Assembly: GCA_004376895.1 (NCBI GenBank)
Contig: SOIH01000087.1
Location: 1 to 62,250 of the forward strand
DNA: 62,250 bases
Direction of reading: 5' to 3'
Origin: Anaerolineales bacterium
GTDB lineage: Bacteria; Chloroflexota; Anaerolineae; Anaerolineales; E44-bin32
Shown here: positions 9,447-18,149 of the stretch, in pieces
How positions within the stretch are numbered: position 1 is the stretch's first letter
How the letters are laid out: each line of letters starts with the position of its first letter
Translations under genes and position numbers: made by a program
The notes under the pieces: model-generated
What the model saw: the letters and a program-made list of their open reading frames with translations, nothing else
What the model was told of the DNA's origin: nothing
The model's database searches: none

Positions 9447-9845
9447 TCGTGCTCCTGTATGATGTAAGCGTGTAACTATTCGGGTATTATAGGTGCTAAT
9501 TCTCCAATAAGGCAGGGCAATTCTGCGCATGGCCTTCTAAACAATTGGGCATCTACAGGCAATTACCACCTATACCAACCTAGCGCAAAGCGGATAAAAC
9601 CCCCACCAGGCTGCTGCCCTTCTACAGTAGCACTGCCCTTATTAGCTCCAACTTTCCGAATACCAACAGAGAGAAGATATAATCCGCAGATGCAAATAAA
9701 TTCACGGCATGAGTATAAGGCGACGATAACTTCACTGTATGAACGTACCCTCGGCAGCGAACTCGATCAAACCAACCACGCTGGGCGCCTTTAAGATACA
9801 ATCCTTGATCAAATTTATCACAAAGAAAAGGAAGACATATCTGTT

Positions 9846-10289
9846 ATGACAAAGAAATCCCGATCATCTCAATCTTCGAAGCGCACATTCATCATTACCT
9901 TCACGGTGCTTGCTCTCATCATTGGCGGTGCCGCCTGGATCTCCACCGCCAGTTCCGCCTCGACAACCGCACCTGTTATTGTCTCCCAACGCATCACTCC
10001 GCTCGAATATCAAAATGAGTTCGGCGATGGCACCCCTCACCTGCTCATCGATGTTCGGACACCGCAGGAATTTACCTCCGGTCACATCCAAAACGCCATC
10101 AATATCTCGGTTGAGACTTTACAAGCCCGACTGGATGAAGTGCCAGGGGGCTCTCCTGTCGTGGTCTACTGCCGAAGCGGCAACCGCAGCGCCTCTGCCG
10201 CGCAGATCCTGACTGAGAACGGCTATCAACAAGTTTACGATCTCGGTGGAATTCGAGATTGGGTGGCTCAGGGCCTGCCGATCCAATAG
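9846..10289 (+). CDS. Rhodanese-like sulfurtransferase with N-terminal membrane anchor
   Basis: LIDVRTPQEF..GHI, active-site loop CRSGNRS and LGGIRDW. Confidence 0.9.
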   Translation: MTKKSRSSQSSKRTFIITFTVLALIIGGAAWISTASSASTTAPVIVSQRITPLEYQNEFGDGTPHLLIDVRTPQEFTSGHIQNAINISVETLQARLDEVPGGSPVVVYCRSGNRSASAAQILTENGYQQVYDLGGIRDWVAQGLPIQ

Positions 10290-10319
10290 CAATATTCTTG
10301 ATCTCGCTCCTCAAAACGC

Positions 10320-10352
10320 AAAGCTGGTCTCTCATTCGGAGGCCAGCTTTTC
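10320..10352. terminator. Rho-independent terminator, likely bidirectional
   Basis: AAAGCTGGTCTC-loop-GAGGCCAGCTTTT between convergent genes. Confidence 0.7.
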
Positions 10353-10391
10353 AGTTTCACACAAGGGTTTGCACTTGGATAACAGCTTCGC

Positions 10392-11282
10392 TTACGAAAC
10401 GTAGATATAGCCCCAGGAGATAATCTGGACGAGAAGGAAGGCAACCATCGCAAACACGGAAGGCGCCGGATTGTGCTGTTTGGTAAAGCTGACAAACCCC
10501 CAGAGGCTCACTGGAACGACGATGAAGCTGCTTAGCTTAACCAGCGGCGGATATTGGGAACTCCAGTATACCCACATATATGCACCCAGCATCGTCAAGA
10601 GGTACAAGATTCGCAGTTGGGGAATGGAAAGTTTTGTCACCAGCGTAAATTTACCAACTGCGCGATCCGCCTCCCGGTCCGTCCAGTGAGTTGCCAGAAG
10701 GTTTACAAAAGCAAGCATCGCGAATGGAGCAGCTGCAGCCATGATAAAGGTGTCAACCCGGTGATGGATCACGGTATAACCGTACATCGGCAACAACCAT
10801 GCACCGAGCAACGCGTTGTCGATCTCCCCCCACCCTCGCCAGGCGAGCTTCAAGGGTTTGAGCGAATAGCCCCAACCAAAGAAGGCTGCCAATCCCAGGA
10901 TAGTCAGCACCTGCAAGGGAAGGTGCCCCATTAAGAAAGCAAAGATAGCAATCGTGAAACCAAGGATCACCGCCAGGATCGCGCCCCTGAGTGCAAAATT
11001 CTTATCGAGACCCGAATCCTGGAGAGCGCCACTCCCACCCGAGTAAGGTGTCCTCTTGGTCAACTTATCCGTTTCGTAATCTGCATACTCGTTCACGAAG
11101 TGAATGGAGACAGAAACCAGGATCGCAGCACCTAATCCAAGTAGGTATGAAAGGGAAGACCATGCTGATCCACGTACCAGAGCCATCAGAATCCCCCACG
11201 AGAAAACCAGGGCGATAAGCAGAATTTGATTAGGGCGAGCCATGCGAAAGAACAACTTCAAATACCGCATCATAGATTTCAA
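10392..11282 (-). CDS. UbiA/MenA family prenyltransferase
   Basis: ARP start, NEYADYETD first Asp-rich motif, YSGGSG, GYSLKPLKLAWRGWGE and DREADRAVGKFT. Confidence 0.88.
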   Translation of the reverse strand: MKSMMRYLKLFFRMARPNQILLIALVFSWGILMALVRGSAWSSLSYLLGLGAAILVSVSIHFVNEYADYETDKLTKRTPYSGGSGALQDSGLDKNFALRGAILAVILGFTIAIFAFLMGHLPLQVLTILGLAAFFGWGYSLKPLKLAWRGWGEIDNALLGAWLLPMYGYTVIHHRVDTFIMAAAAPFAMLAFVNLLATHWTDREADRAVGKFTLVTKLSIPQLRILYLLTMLGAYMWVYWSSQYPPLVKLSSFIVVPVSLWGFVSFTKQHNPAPSVFAMVAFLLVQIISWGYIYVS

Positions 11283-11364
11283 CCGATCACGATTTCATCA
11301 AAGATGGATATGTAAAAATGGAGGCCGGAACGTCCCAGATTGATTCACAAATGTAAGCCGTCAT

Positions 11365-11808
11365 CTATAAGCTTGATTCCCACCAAAGCTTGGTGGCCCC
11401 GTTCATCAGATCAGCCAGCAGACTTCGAAGCGGAGCCGGTTCAAGATTCGATCCCTTCAGTTCAGTAAGCTTGACCCAAAAGAATTCGAGATGTGGTTCG
11501 TGTGATTCTAAGGTGCTGTCAGCGTGAAGTCCCGGCAAATCAACCGAGAAGCAATGATTAATCTCATGGTGCACCCCAGCGTCATCTAACCATGTGTGCT
11601 CAACGGCCCCAAGGTACATATCAACTTCACCATGTACTCCGAGCTCTTCGTCCAATTCGCGCACTAGGGCAATTTTCATTGATTCGCCATGCTGAACGTG
11701 ACCGCCCGGCAAAAACGTATTGGACGCACCTATGGAGTGTGCAATAAGGATGCGATCGTTCTTTACGATGACAGCTCTAGCCAATAGTTCAATCTGCAAA
11801 GTTGTCAA
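11365..11808 (-). CDS. NUDIX hydrolase
   Basis: Nudix box LPGGHVQHGESMKIALVRELDEELG. Confidence 0.88.
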   Translation of the reverse strand: MTTLQIELLARAVIVKNDRILIAHSIGASNTFLPGGHVQHGESMKIALVRELDEELGVHGEVDMYLGAVEHTWLDDAGVHHEINHCFSVDLPGLHADSTLESHEPHLEFFWVKLTELKGSNLEPAPLRSLLADLMNGATKLWWESSL

Positions 11809-12027
11809 TCCACCTTTTTAGTCATTCTCTACCTGACATGTTGATATTTGCACCCATTTCAACTGAGAATACTTGAGAGCGTGTTCCCTGGCGGTAAGGA
11901 TGCCTACCAGCTATGTGGGTATTCAATTGATTGATCCTTTCGGATCTCTCGAGAGTACCTGCAGAAAGTTTATAGAGAGCACCGCAGTTCTCAATGCAAA
12001 GCCTGGATCCCCGGACCCGGGCTCTGC

Positions 12028-12522
12028 TTACACCTCAATCATCTGAACCAACTTGGTCTGGCTGTCATACAACGCCAGGGTGCTGCGCCCGTTCATCCCC
12101 ATAAGCTCACCCGGGTTCAGCAGTAGGCATGAACCCTCCATGCCTTCATAGGCACTATGATCGTGACCGAAGCAAACAAGATCGTAGGAACCGGAGCGAG
12201 CTAAATCACGTGCGATCTCGGGATAATGATTTACACCGATTCTCACACCATCGATCTCAATCCGGGCAACCTCCCCGTGAAGCTGAATATTGGGATAAGT
12301 CGCCGCCACCCGTGAGATCCTCCAGGGGTCTCCGTCATTGTTGCCCCAAACGATGTGAATAGGTATCCCGCTGAGCCCTTCGCCAAGACGCTTGACCACA
12401 AATGGCGCGCAAAGATCGCCGCAGTGGATGACCGCGTCCATTGCCCGCAGATGCGGCATCGCTGCATCCAATTTCCAGATGTTATCGTGTGAGTCACTCA
12501 GGACACCAATTTTCATGATCAC
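12028..12522 (-). CDS. YfcE/MJ0936-family metallophosphoesterase
   Basis: Motifs SDSHDN, HCGD, GNND, GHDH and LNPG. Confidence 0.9.
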   Translation of the reverse strand: MIMKIGVLSDSHDNIWKLDAAMPHLRAMDAVIHCGDLCAPFVVKRLGEGLSGIPIHIVWGNNDGDPWRISRVAATYPNIQLHGEVARIEIDGVRIGVNHYPEIARDLARSGSYDLVCFGHDHSAYEGMEGSCLLLNPGELMGMNGRSTLALYDSQTKLVQMIEV

Positions 12523-12587
12523 TCCCCAATTCAGATGATTTGTCCTACCATACCATTGAACGCGTCATCGCCCAAGAATTAACGACT

Positions 12588-12614
12588 GCAGGGGCGCATA
12601 AGCTGCGCCCCTGC
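12588..12614 (-). terminator. GC-rich hairpin downstream of etfA (probable terminator)
   Basis: GCAGGGGCGCA-TAAGC-TGCGCCCCTGC, an 11-bp perfect stem. Confidence 0.6.
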
Positions 12615-12643
12615 GAAATCACATTCATGTACTCGCGTCTATG

Positions 12644-13681
12644 TTATTTCCCGAGACGTTCCTTGAAGGCTGCTGTGAGTGCAGGGACCACATCAAACAG
12701 GTCTCCGACAACACCAAAACGCGCTAGCTTGAAGATCGGCGCTTCGGGGTCCTTATTGACGGCAACGATCGTTTTGGATGTTCGCATCCCGGCAAGGTGT
12801 TGAATGGCGCCAGAAATCCCATTAGCGATGTACAGATCGGGTGAGACGACTTTCCCGGTTTGCCCTACTTGATTAGCATAAGGGATATAGCCCGCATCAA
12901 CCGCTGCACGACTCGCCCCCAGAGCTGCGTTGAGAACGCTGGCCAGATCACCTACGAGCCCAAAACCCTGTTGAGCACGCCAGACTTCCTGTTCCTTTTC
13001 ATCAGTAATCTCGTCTGGGGGTGTCAAGCTGGGATTGTTTGAAACCCCGCGCCCCCCGGAGACAATAACTGCCGCATCCGTAAGACTCACTCCCCCATCC
13101 GCATCTGTGTAACCAAGAACCTCAGTGAGAACATCCCCGACCTCAAACTCGAGGCTTGTGACTTCCCCGCTGCGGCTTGCGTCCTGTTCTGGTTTCGGGA
13201 ATGCTCGGCTTCGCGTTGTGAGAATCTGCGGTTTGCGTTCTTTGTTAACCACTTTGGAGAGCAGCTTTCCAGCGTAAATCGGGCGAGTGGCGAGCACCAA
13301 TCCGCCATCGACTTCGATCTCGATCACATCTGGCGAAACCCCTGTCTCGAGGTCCACTGCGGTCATTGCCGCTAGCTCACGCGTCCGTCCCGAGGTGGGT
13401 AGGAGAAGCACATCCGCCTCTGCAGCTGCTTTTGAGAGCACATCTGCAAAGGGTTCCGGACGGAAATCCGCTAGCGCGGGGTTTTCAGCAACGACTGCGT
13501 CGTCTGCACCATACTCGATCGCCTGCTTGGCCAGTGACTGAACATCCTGGCCAACGATGACCGCGGTGACTCCCGTACCGAGGGAGCCGGCGATTTTTCG
13601 GGCTGCCCCAATTGCTTCCCAGGAGGCAGGTAAAGCCTCGCCTTTAAAGTGATCTACATAAACGAGAACTTTATTAGTCAT
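12644..13681 (-). CDS. etfA: Electron transfer flavoprotein alpha subunit
   Basis: VSGGRG, GASRAAVDAGY, QVGQTGK, GISGAIQHLAGM and AVNKDPEAPIF. Confidence 0.95.
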   Translation of the reverse strand: MTNKVLVYVDHFKGEALPASWEAIGAARKIAGSLGTGVTAVIVGQDVQSLAKQAIEYGADDAVVAENPALADFRPEPFADVLSKAAAEADVLLLPTSGRTRELAAMTAVDLETGVSPDVIEIEVDGGLVLATRPIYAGKLLSKVVNKERKPQILTTRSRAFPKPEQDASRSGEVTSLEFEVGDVLTEVLGYTDADGGVSLTDAAVIVSGGRGVSNNPSLTPPDEITDEKEQEVWRAQQGFGLVGDLASVLNAALGASRAAVDAGYIPYANQVGQTGKVVSPDLYIANGISGAIQHLAGMRTSKTIVAVNKDPEAPIFKLARFGVVGDLFDVVPALTAAFKERLGK

Positions 13682-14463
13682 CAGACCACCTTCTCTTCTA
13701 TTAGGCGATCAACTAACTTCACAGCGATCTCCTCAGGGGTTTCCCCCTCTACGAACTCACATTCAGTCTCGACTTTCGGTGGAGCCCAAACCTCAGGCCA
13801 GGTGACCGCCGACTCCAAATCCCCTTCGAGACCCAACTCTGCAGCGGACCAGATCGGAATTTCCGCTTTTGATGCTTTACGAATCCCCATGAAGGATGGA
13901 TATCGGGGTTCGTTGATCTCCTTTACGACGGAGATCACGGCGGGGAATGAAGCCGCGACTTGCTGCCGGCTTTCATCCAACATCCGCTCAACTTCCAGCC
14001 GCTTGCTTTCAGGATCCAGGGAATTTATCACCGCAACGAGCGATAACGCCGGCCAGCCCAATCGACGTGCGACCTGCGAACCTGTTATGCCCGTTTCGGT
14101 ATCTACCGAGGATCTGCCGAAGAAGACGAGGTCCACCTCGCCGACTTTCTCAATTGCTGCTGCAAGAATTTTGGAGACCTGCAGCGAATCGAGGCCGGCA
14201 AATGAAGGATCGCTCACGAGGATCGCGTTCTCACATCCCATCGCCAACGATAGTTTAAGAGCTTCCTTGGCATCTTCAGGGCCAAGGCTGATCGCCGTAA
14301 CTTCACCACCATGCGCCTCCTTCAAGCGCAGAGCCTCTTCGACGGCAAATTCATCCCAGGGATTCAACACCAAGGGCGCATCCCCCCAGGAGATTTTCCC
14401 GTCTTCAACGGTGACCGTTGCAGCTGTATCGGGAGTTTGTTTTACACAGACAACGATATTCAA
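13681..14463 (-). CDS. etfB: Electron transfer flavoprotein beta subunit
   Basis: IVVCVKQTPD, NPWDEFAVEEA and INEPRYPS. TTG start at 14463 preceded by AGGAGG. Confidence 0.93.
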   Translation of the reverse strand: MNIVVCVKQTPDTAATVTVEDGKISWGDAPLVLNPWDEFAVEEALRLKEAHGGEVTAISLGPEDAKEALKLSLAMGCENAILVSDPSFAGLDSLQVSKILAAAIEKVGEVDLVFFGRSSVDTETGITGSQVARRLGWPALSLVAVINSLDPESKRLEVERMLDESRQQVAASFPAVISVVKEINEPRYPSFMGIRKASKAEIPIWSAAELGLEGDLESAVTWPEVWAPPKVETECEFVEGETPEEIAVKLVDRLIEEKVV

Positions 14464-14527
14464 GGGTTCCTCCTTATCTAATAGGTTTTTCCACAATCCC
14501 ACGTCTTATAAGCAGCTTGTTGATTGC

Positions 14528-15736
14528 CTATGACTGCCACGCTTGCGAGTCATACGCCGGAAGCTCACATCGTACTGCTTTATCTTTACGGTACCCCAGC
14601 GCATAATCCGCTTGGATTAAAGACTGGATTTCACTGCTCCCCTCATAAATCATAGCCCCGCGCGCATTGCGCATGAATCGCTCCACATCGTATTCATCAC
14701 TGAATCCATAAGCCCCATGGATCTGAATGGCTTCAGATGCGGCATGAAAGGATGCATCTGTTGCGAATTGTTTTGCGATGGAGGTCTCAAAGGTATTGCG
14801 CTTCCCCTCGTTCTTCATCCAACCGGCTTTCAGATAGAGTAAACGCGCTATTTCGTAGTCACGCGCCATGCGTGCGATCTTCTCCTGGATGAGTTGATGG
14901 TGAGCGATCGGTTTCCCAAAGGATTCTCGCTCTTTCGCGTACGCCACGCTGGCTTCAAGTGAGGCACGAATTAACCCTGTCGCGCCTGCGGCGACCGTAT
15001 ACCGGCCATGGTCGAAAGCGTTCATCGTAACCTTGAAACCCTCACCCTCTTCCCCAATTCGATTCCCAAGCGGCACGCGCACATCCTGGAATAAAATCCA
15101 TCCTGTAGACCCGGCACGCACGCCTAGCTTCCCATGGATATCCCCGCGTGAAATTCCAGGTCGATCCATCTCAACAATAAATGTAGTAAGCCCCTGACTG
15201 AGCTTCGCCACATCGGAATTGGTCCTAACAGCTACAACTGCAAAATCCGCTTTGGTTGCGAGTGAGATCCACATCTTTTCGCCGTTAAGGATGTACTCAT
15301 CTCCGTCCCGCTTGCCCGTCATCAGTATATTCGCAAAATCCGAACCTGCGCCGGGCTCTGAGAATGCCCCTCAGCCAATCTTCTCCCCACGTGCCAAGGG
15401 GACAAGGTACTTCTCTTTTTGTTCCTCTGTTCCCCACTGGAAGAGAGTCATGCTTGCTAAACCATTGTGAACGGACATCACCACCCGCAAAGTGGTATCA
15501 ATCACTTCAAGTTCTTCGCTTGCCAAACCCAATGAGATGTAATCCATCCCTTGCCCGCCATAACGCCCCGGGATGCAAATGCCGAGGATCCCCAACTCCC
15601 CCATCTTGGGCAGGACATGAGGGGCCATCTCTTGTTCCCGATCGGCTTCTTTGATTGTGGGCGCGACCTCCTTACGGGCAAAATCGCGAACCATTTTCTG
15701 AACCACCTCATGTTCCGTTGTGAGACGAAAATCCAT
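14528..15736 (-). CDS. Acyl-CoA dehydrogenase with a single in-frame TGA at codon 122 (candidate selenocysteine; otherwise pseudogene or sequencing error)
   Basis: ORFs 15371..15736 and 14528..15322 are in the same frame (1209 nt = 403 codons). Read-through gives GEKIG*GAFSEPGAGSDFAN, restoring the FAD-binding motif. The C-terminal IYEGSSEIQ is intact. Confidence 0.85.
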
Positions 15737-15962
15737 CCACGCTACCTCAGGAAAAACGTGCCTCGATTATAGACGGTCAAACTGGGCGAGACAACCTATC
15801 TAGTGAATTCGAAGTGTTTTAGTGTCCATTATCACCCTACAACGGGAGGTTCATCCCGTTTGGGCTTCACTTCATTTGTATCGACCTCTGGCGATAAATA
15901 GAAGAAATATCCGCTCTCCCTATCTCGGTCTATAATTCACCTGTGGTTCACCGGAATTAATC

Positions 15963-17381
15963 ATGCTTGAAAAACTCCGCCGACACTGGCAAACACTGAC
16001 AATCACGATCCTTCTTCTCCTTGCGTTATCGCCGTCACCGATAGCGTTACCCTTTCTCCATCCCCTGCAAACGGCACAGGCATCCCTTAAGACAGGGTCC
16101 CAGGAGATCGCCATCGGGCAACTCGAAGATGCTATAGAGTTTGAGAGAGCACTTGCGGGATTGCACTTGGAAGTCGCCGAGTTGGCTTTCGATGTTGATG
16201 ATATGGATACAGCCAGCGCTCATTTAGACGCGCTAGATATTCAAAACTTGCCGAGCCACGAAGCCTATTGCCTCCGTCAGCGGTTAAGCATCCGCGTTGG
16301 AGAGTTCGCTGGATTAGACAATGCCTGGCAAAGTCTGATTATAAATTGCCCGGAATCAATCTCAGAGATCGAGCAGCTTGCACGAGAACGGCTTGCTTCA
16401 AACGATCTCGACGAGGCACTTCCAATCTTTGAGGCCCTGGCCAAAACGACATCGCTTAACGCTGAGACCGAGGAGGCTTACGCATATGCGAAAGCGGCTT
16501 TGGCACCTGTGGATTCGCTACCGCTCCTTCATACGCTCGCCCGGAGAGCAGATCAGACACCTCCACTTGCAATCGATCTCATTCTTGCGATCGAGAATTC
16601 TGCCGGCGGACCATCTCCCACTCACTCTCTGGCCCAGGTAGGGCTAACCTTCGCCCGTCATGGCCGATGGAAATTGGCGATACCCTCTCTTGAAAGGGTG
16701 CTGGAAATGGACCCCGATTTCCATGAGGCGCGTGCCTATTTGGGTTTATCAAAAGACCAAACAGGGCAGAACGGGTTGGATGATCTGCTAACCGCTACCG
16801 ACGCACTGCCTGACCAAGCCCTAGCGCATGTCTTTCTGGCCTTGCATTGGCTAAGAGCAGGTGAGGAAGAACAGGCGAGGGAAGCTTTGACCGTTGCCGC
16901 TCAACTCGATCCGCTCAACCCTGCGATTGCTGCACAATTAGGTGAGGTATATACAGGCCTTGGAGATCTCGCGACTGCATCCGCTGCCTACCGCCAGGCA
17001 ACTGCCCTCGATCAAAAGAATCCTGCCTTCTGGCTCTTGCTTGCGAGATTCTCCAATCAATATGAAGTAGATATCCGTTCTCTTGCGCTTCCTGCAGCTC
17101 GAAATGCAGTTGCATTAAGTACGAGGGAAGCGGCCCCTCTTGCCGAACTTGCCTTTACGCATTTTCTCTTGGGCAACAACATTCTTGCAGAACGCCTCCT
17201 CTGGCGGGCCGTTGCGTTGGATCCCTATAATGCACAAACGCAGTATTATCTTGGTTTGTTTTTCTACGCCCAAGGGGATCCAGGCGGAGCATGGGCTGCC
17301 ATGCAGCTGGCCTCATCTCTGAACGCACCTCAACGTTATCAAGCGCTCGCAAAACGCTGGCTTGAAGGGGCTGCTCGCTGA
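15963..17381 (+). CDS. Tetratricopeptide-repeat protein with N-terminal membrane segment
   Basis: Repeated 34-aa-like units ending in LDP.N / MDPD and an N-terminal hydrophobic stretch. Confidence 0.8.
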   Translation: MLEKLRRHWQTLTITILLLLALSPSPIALPFLHPLQTAQASLKTGSQEIAIGQLEDAIEFERALAGLHLEVAELAFDVDDMDTASAHLDALDIQNLPSHEAYCLRQRLSIRVGEFAGLDNAWQSLIINCPESISEIEQLARERLASNDLDEALPIFEALAKTTSLNAETEEAYAYAKAALAPVDSLPLLHTLARRADQTPPLAIDLILAIENSAGGPSPTHSLAQVGLTFARHGRWKLAIPSLERVLEMDPDFHEARAYLGLSKDQTGQNGLDDLLTATDALPDQALAHVFLALHWLRAGEEEQAREALTVAAQLDPLNPAIAAQLGEVYTGLGDLATASAAYRQATALDQKNPAFWLLLARFSNQYEVDIRSLALPAARNAVALSTREAAPLAELAFTHFLLGNNILAERLLWRAVALDPYNAQTQYYLGLFFYAQGDPGGAWAAMQLASSLNAPQRYQALAKRWLEGAAR

Positions 17382-17480
17382 AAACGCCGTTAGTTCATGG
17401 ATTCAAGTTCACAGAGATCATTAATCTAACCTCGTTGCGAATGAGAGGGCTGTGCTAGAATGCGGCTAGGTGAAAGAAAC

Positions 17481-18131
17481 GTGATGATAATGCGCAGAAT
17501 TTCCTTCACCGCGAGCATGGTCGCGGTTTTCTCACTCTACCTTGGAGGATGCAATTGGCTATATCCTCCAGCCGGTCCGGGCGAAGTTCTATTCCAGGAT
17601 GACTTCTCTCTTACTTCAAGCGGTTGGGATCGCTACCAGGATGATATTTATCGAGCAGATTACCAGGATGGCGAATACCGCATTGAGATTTTTTCCCCGG
17701 AGACTGTCGCTTGGAGCCTGCCCAAATTATCATTCCAAGATGTTTGGATAAGCGTTGAGGCCGTTAGAGTTAAGGGACCTGAAGATAATGCCTTCGGCGT
17801 GATTTGTAGATATGAGAATCCAAGCAATTTCATCTTCTTCCTCATCTCAAGCGATGGTTACGCCGGCATAGGACGCTACGTAGATGGCGAGAAAACACTA
17901 TTAAGCGATGAATCCTTGCTTCCGACAGATGCCGTACACAAGGGGGGTGAGGGGAATTTCATCCAGGCAGAGTGTATCGAGGATCGCCTGACTCTATTTG
18001 TGAACAACTCACGCGTGGCTGAGGCAGTCGTTGAAGACATTCGCTCGGGCGACGTGGGGTTGATCGCCGGCACTTACGCAGATCCCGACGTCGAGATTCG
18101 TTTCGATAATTTCTCTACTGTCCAGCCCTGA
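17481..18131 (+). CDS. Putative lipoprotein with concanavalin-like beta-sandwich (DUF1080/GH16-like) domain
   Basis: Lipobox LGGC, then LFQDDFS, G.VGL and IRFDNF motifs. GTG start after AGGTGA. Confidence 0.65.
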   Translation: MMIMRRISFTASMVAVFSLYLGGCNWLYPPAGPGEVLFQDDFSLTSSGWDRYQDDIYRADYQDGEYRIEIFSPETVAWSLPKLSFQDVWISVEAVRVKGPEDNAFGVICRYENPSNFIFFLISSDGYAGIGRYVDGEKTLLSDESLLPTDAVHKGGEGNFIQAECIEDRLTLFVNNSRVAEAVVEDIRSGDVGLIAGTYADPDVEIRFDNFSTVQP

Positions 18132-18149
18132 GGTTGCGAAAAACCACCG

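Noticed and set aside
12586-12614. GCAGGGG match to the tRNA-Arg 3' end as a possible attR
   Set aside because: The match is only about 7 nt and is explained as one arm of a terminator hairpin.
13649-14533. 294-aa plus-strand ORF
   Set aside because: It is antisense to etfB, Ser-rich and has no motifs.
15323-15373. Frameshift or two separate genes as the explanation of the split ACAD
   Set aside because: Both parts are in the same frame, and the intervening codons encode the conserved FSEPGAGSD motif.
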